This document shows positions 62,497 through 64,000 of a DNA stretch of 64,000 nucleotides, in pieces. Under the pieces are notes generated by a model that did no database searches, was not told the DNA's origin, and worked only from the letters and a program-made list of their open reading frames with translations. The stretch is taken from the NCBI RefSeq assembly GCF_009914755.1, contig NC_060929.1. One strand, written 5' to 3'. A program made the position numbers and the translations under genes. Source of the DNA: the human T2T-CHM13v2.0 reference genome, Homo sapiens. Position 1 is the stretch's first letter. Every line of letters starts with the position of its first letter.

Positions 62497-63096
62497 TCCA
62501 TGGTGATGCAGATGACAGAAATTGTTCCAGTTTATTGAAACAGGAGAGCATTAATAATCAGGTATTAATTGGCCTATGAACATTTTGGAAGTGCTGAACA
62601 AGCAGATTCTGGTTGGAGCTTTCAGAAACAATTCCAGTTCCCCAGATGATGCTCTGATATGATTGAGGGAAACTGCATCCCCCACTGTCCGTGGCAGAGC
62701 CCACCATTCTGCCATGATCTGAGCTAGCAAAGTAAAGGCCTCGTGCTGTGCCTCCCATCCCACTGACCTGGCTCTCAGTTGAGGTCTCATGCAAGTGGCT
62801 CTGATTGGTGGAACCCAATCCCATCAGGAACCCTACCTGCAAAGGAGGAAGAGAAAATTAGTTTTTCATTTTCTGGTGTCTACAGTATAGACTGGTTCCC
62901 TGAGGAAGTTAGGAATGGAGGCTGAGCCAGCTGGCCTACAGCATCCTTCACATCTACCCAACCGAGTTTCTACACTTGACCTTTTGGTCTCTAGATGGGG
63001 AAGAACCTCCCCTGTCTGGCAGCCAGGTTCTGCCTCATGCTGGCTTCTGGAGAGAATGACTGTCTCTGTAGTGAAGTGTGTCCAGCCCAGCTATTC

Positions 63097-63408
<312 letters not shown>

Positions 63409-64000
63409 TCAGCTCAGCCATTCTTATGCTGCCTCTTACCATACCCCCACCTTCCCACACCCCATGGAACTTCTCTGCCTAGGCTCTCCAACTTGGAATC
63501 TTCTGCTGGTGCATTGTGAGTAATAGCTCCAAATCTTCTCTCCCTCAGCACACAACCATCTCTTGAGTAAAGGCTGCTTCAAAACTCCCACAGCTTTTCA
63601 TAATGCCACCCCTAAACTCTGCCCCCAACTAAAGTGCATGAATCTTTATCATTATTCTTTAATAGTAACTTTTTGGGGGATTCTTCTCAATACATATTTG
63701 CAGACTAAATATAACTCTTGTCCTCAGGATTTTTCACCATCATTCTCATAACATTAAAAAGATTCTAATTTGCATCTAAACTTGGGTCCCTAAATCTCAG
63801 CCCTCCTGTCCCTTGTAGGGACAGTGGGTGTTTGTGGTGATGTTGGGACTGAGGAGTAGGTTCCACAATGACTAGGCTAGAGGGTGACTCTTCAGAGAGA
63901 GGCAGGATGCAACCTTGGCAGGGAAGTGCCAGGTGAGGCCCAGGGAGGTTTGAGCCCTAAGTCTGTCCTGTGGCCCAGGACACAGGGCCCACATCAAAGA

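Overview
Primate (Alu/L1PA-bearing, most likely human) non-coding DNA. I find no credible intact protein-coding gene and no prokaryote-type system (no CRISPR, operon or defence cassette). Most of the window is fossil interspersed repeats: 8 Alus (J, S and Y ages, most with readable target-site duplications), a 5'-truncated ~2.4-kb L1PA7-like element with a disabled ORF2 nested in an older L1M, MaLR/ERVL solo LTRs, L2/MIR fragments, many hAT fossils (MER5, MER20, MER30, MER53, MER58, MER63, MER97) and a U6 retropseudogene. The likely functional elements are a ~1-kb CpG-island promoter (10.8-11.8 kb), which may drive a spliced minus-strand lncRNA (candidate exons 1161-1224 and 581-662); a ~4-kb apparently transposon-free, homeodomain-motif-rich block (41.1-45.4 kb) with a strong CTCF motif; a SOXE-dimer motif cluster (60.35 kb); and an old palindromic element (56.2-56.4 kb). 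Structural oddities include a 38-bp inverted-plus-tandem triplication around a microsatellite, a poly(A)-less and possibly chimeric U6 copy, and a triple-nested DNA-transposon stack. Repeat family names come from remembered consensus sequences, not from a RepeatMasker run, and boundaries of old repeats are approximate.
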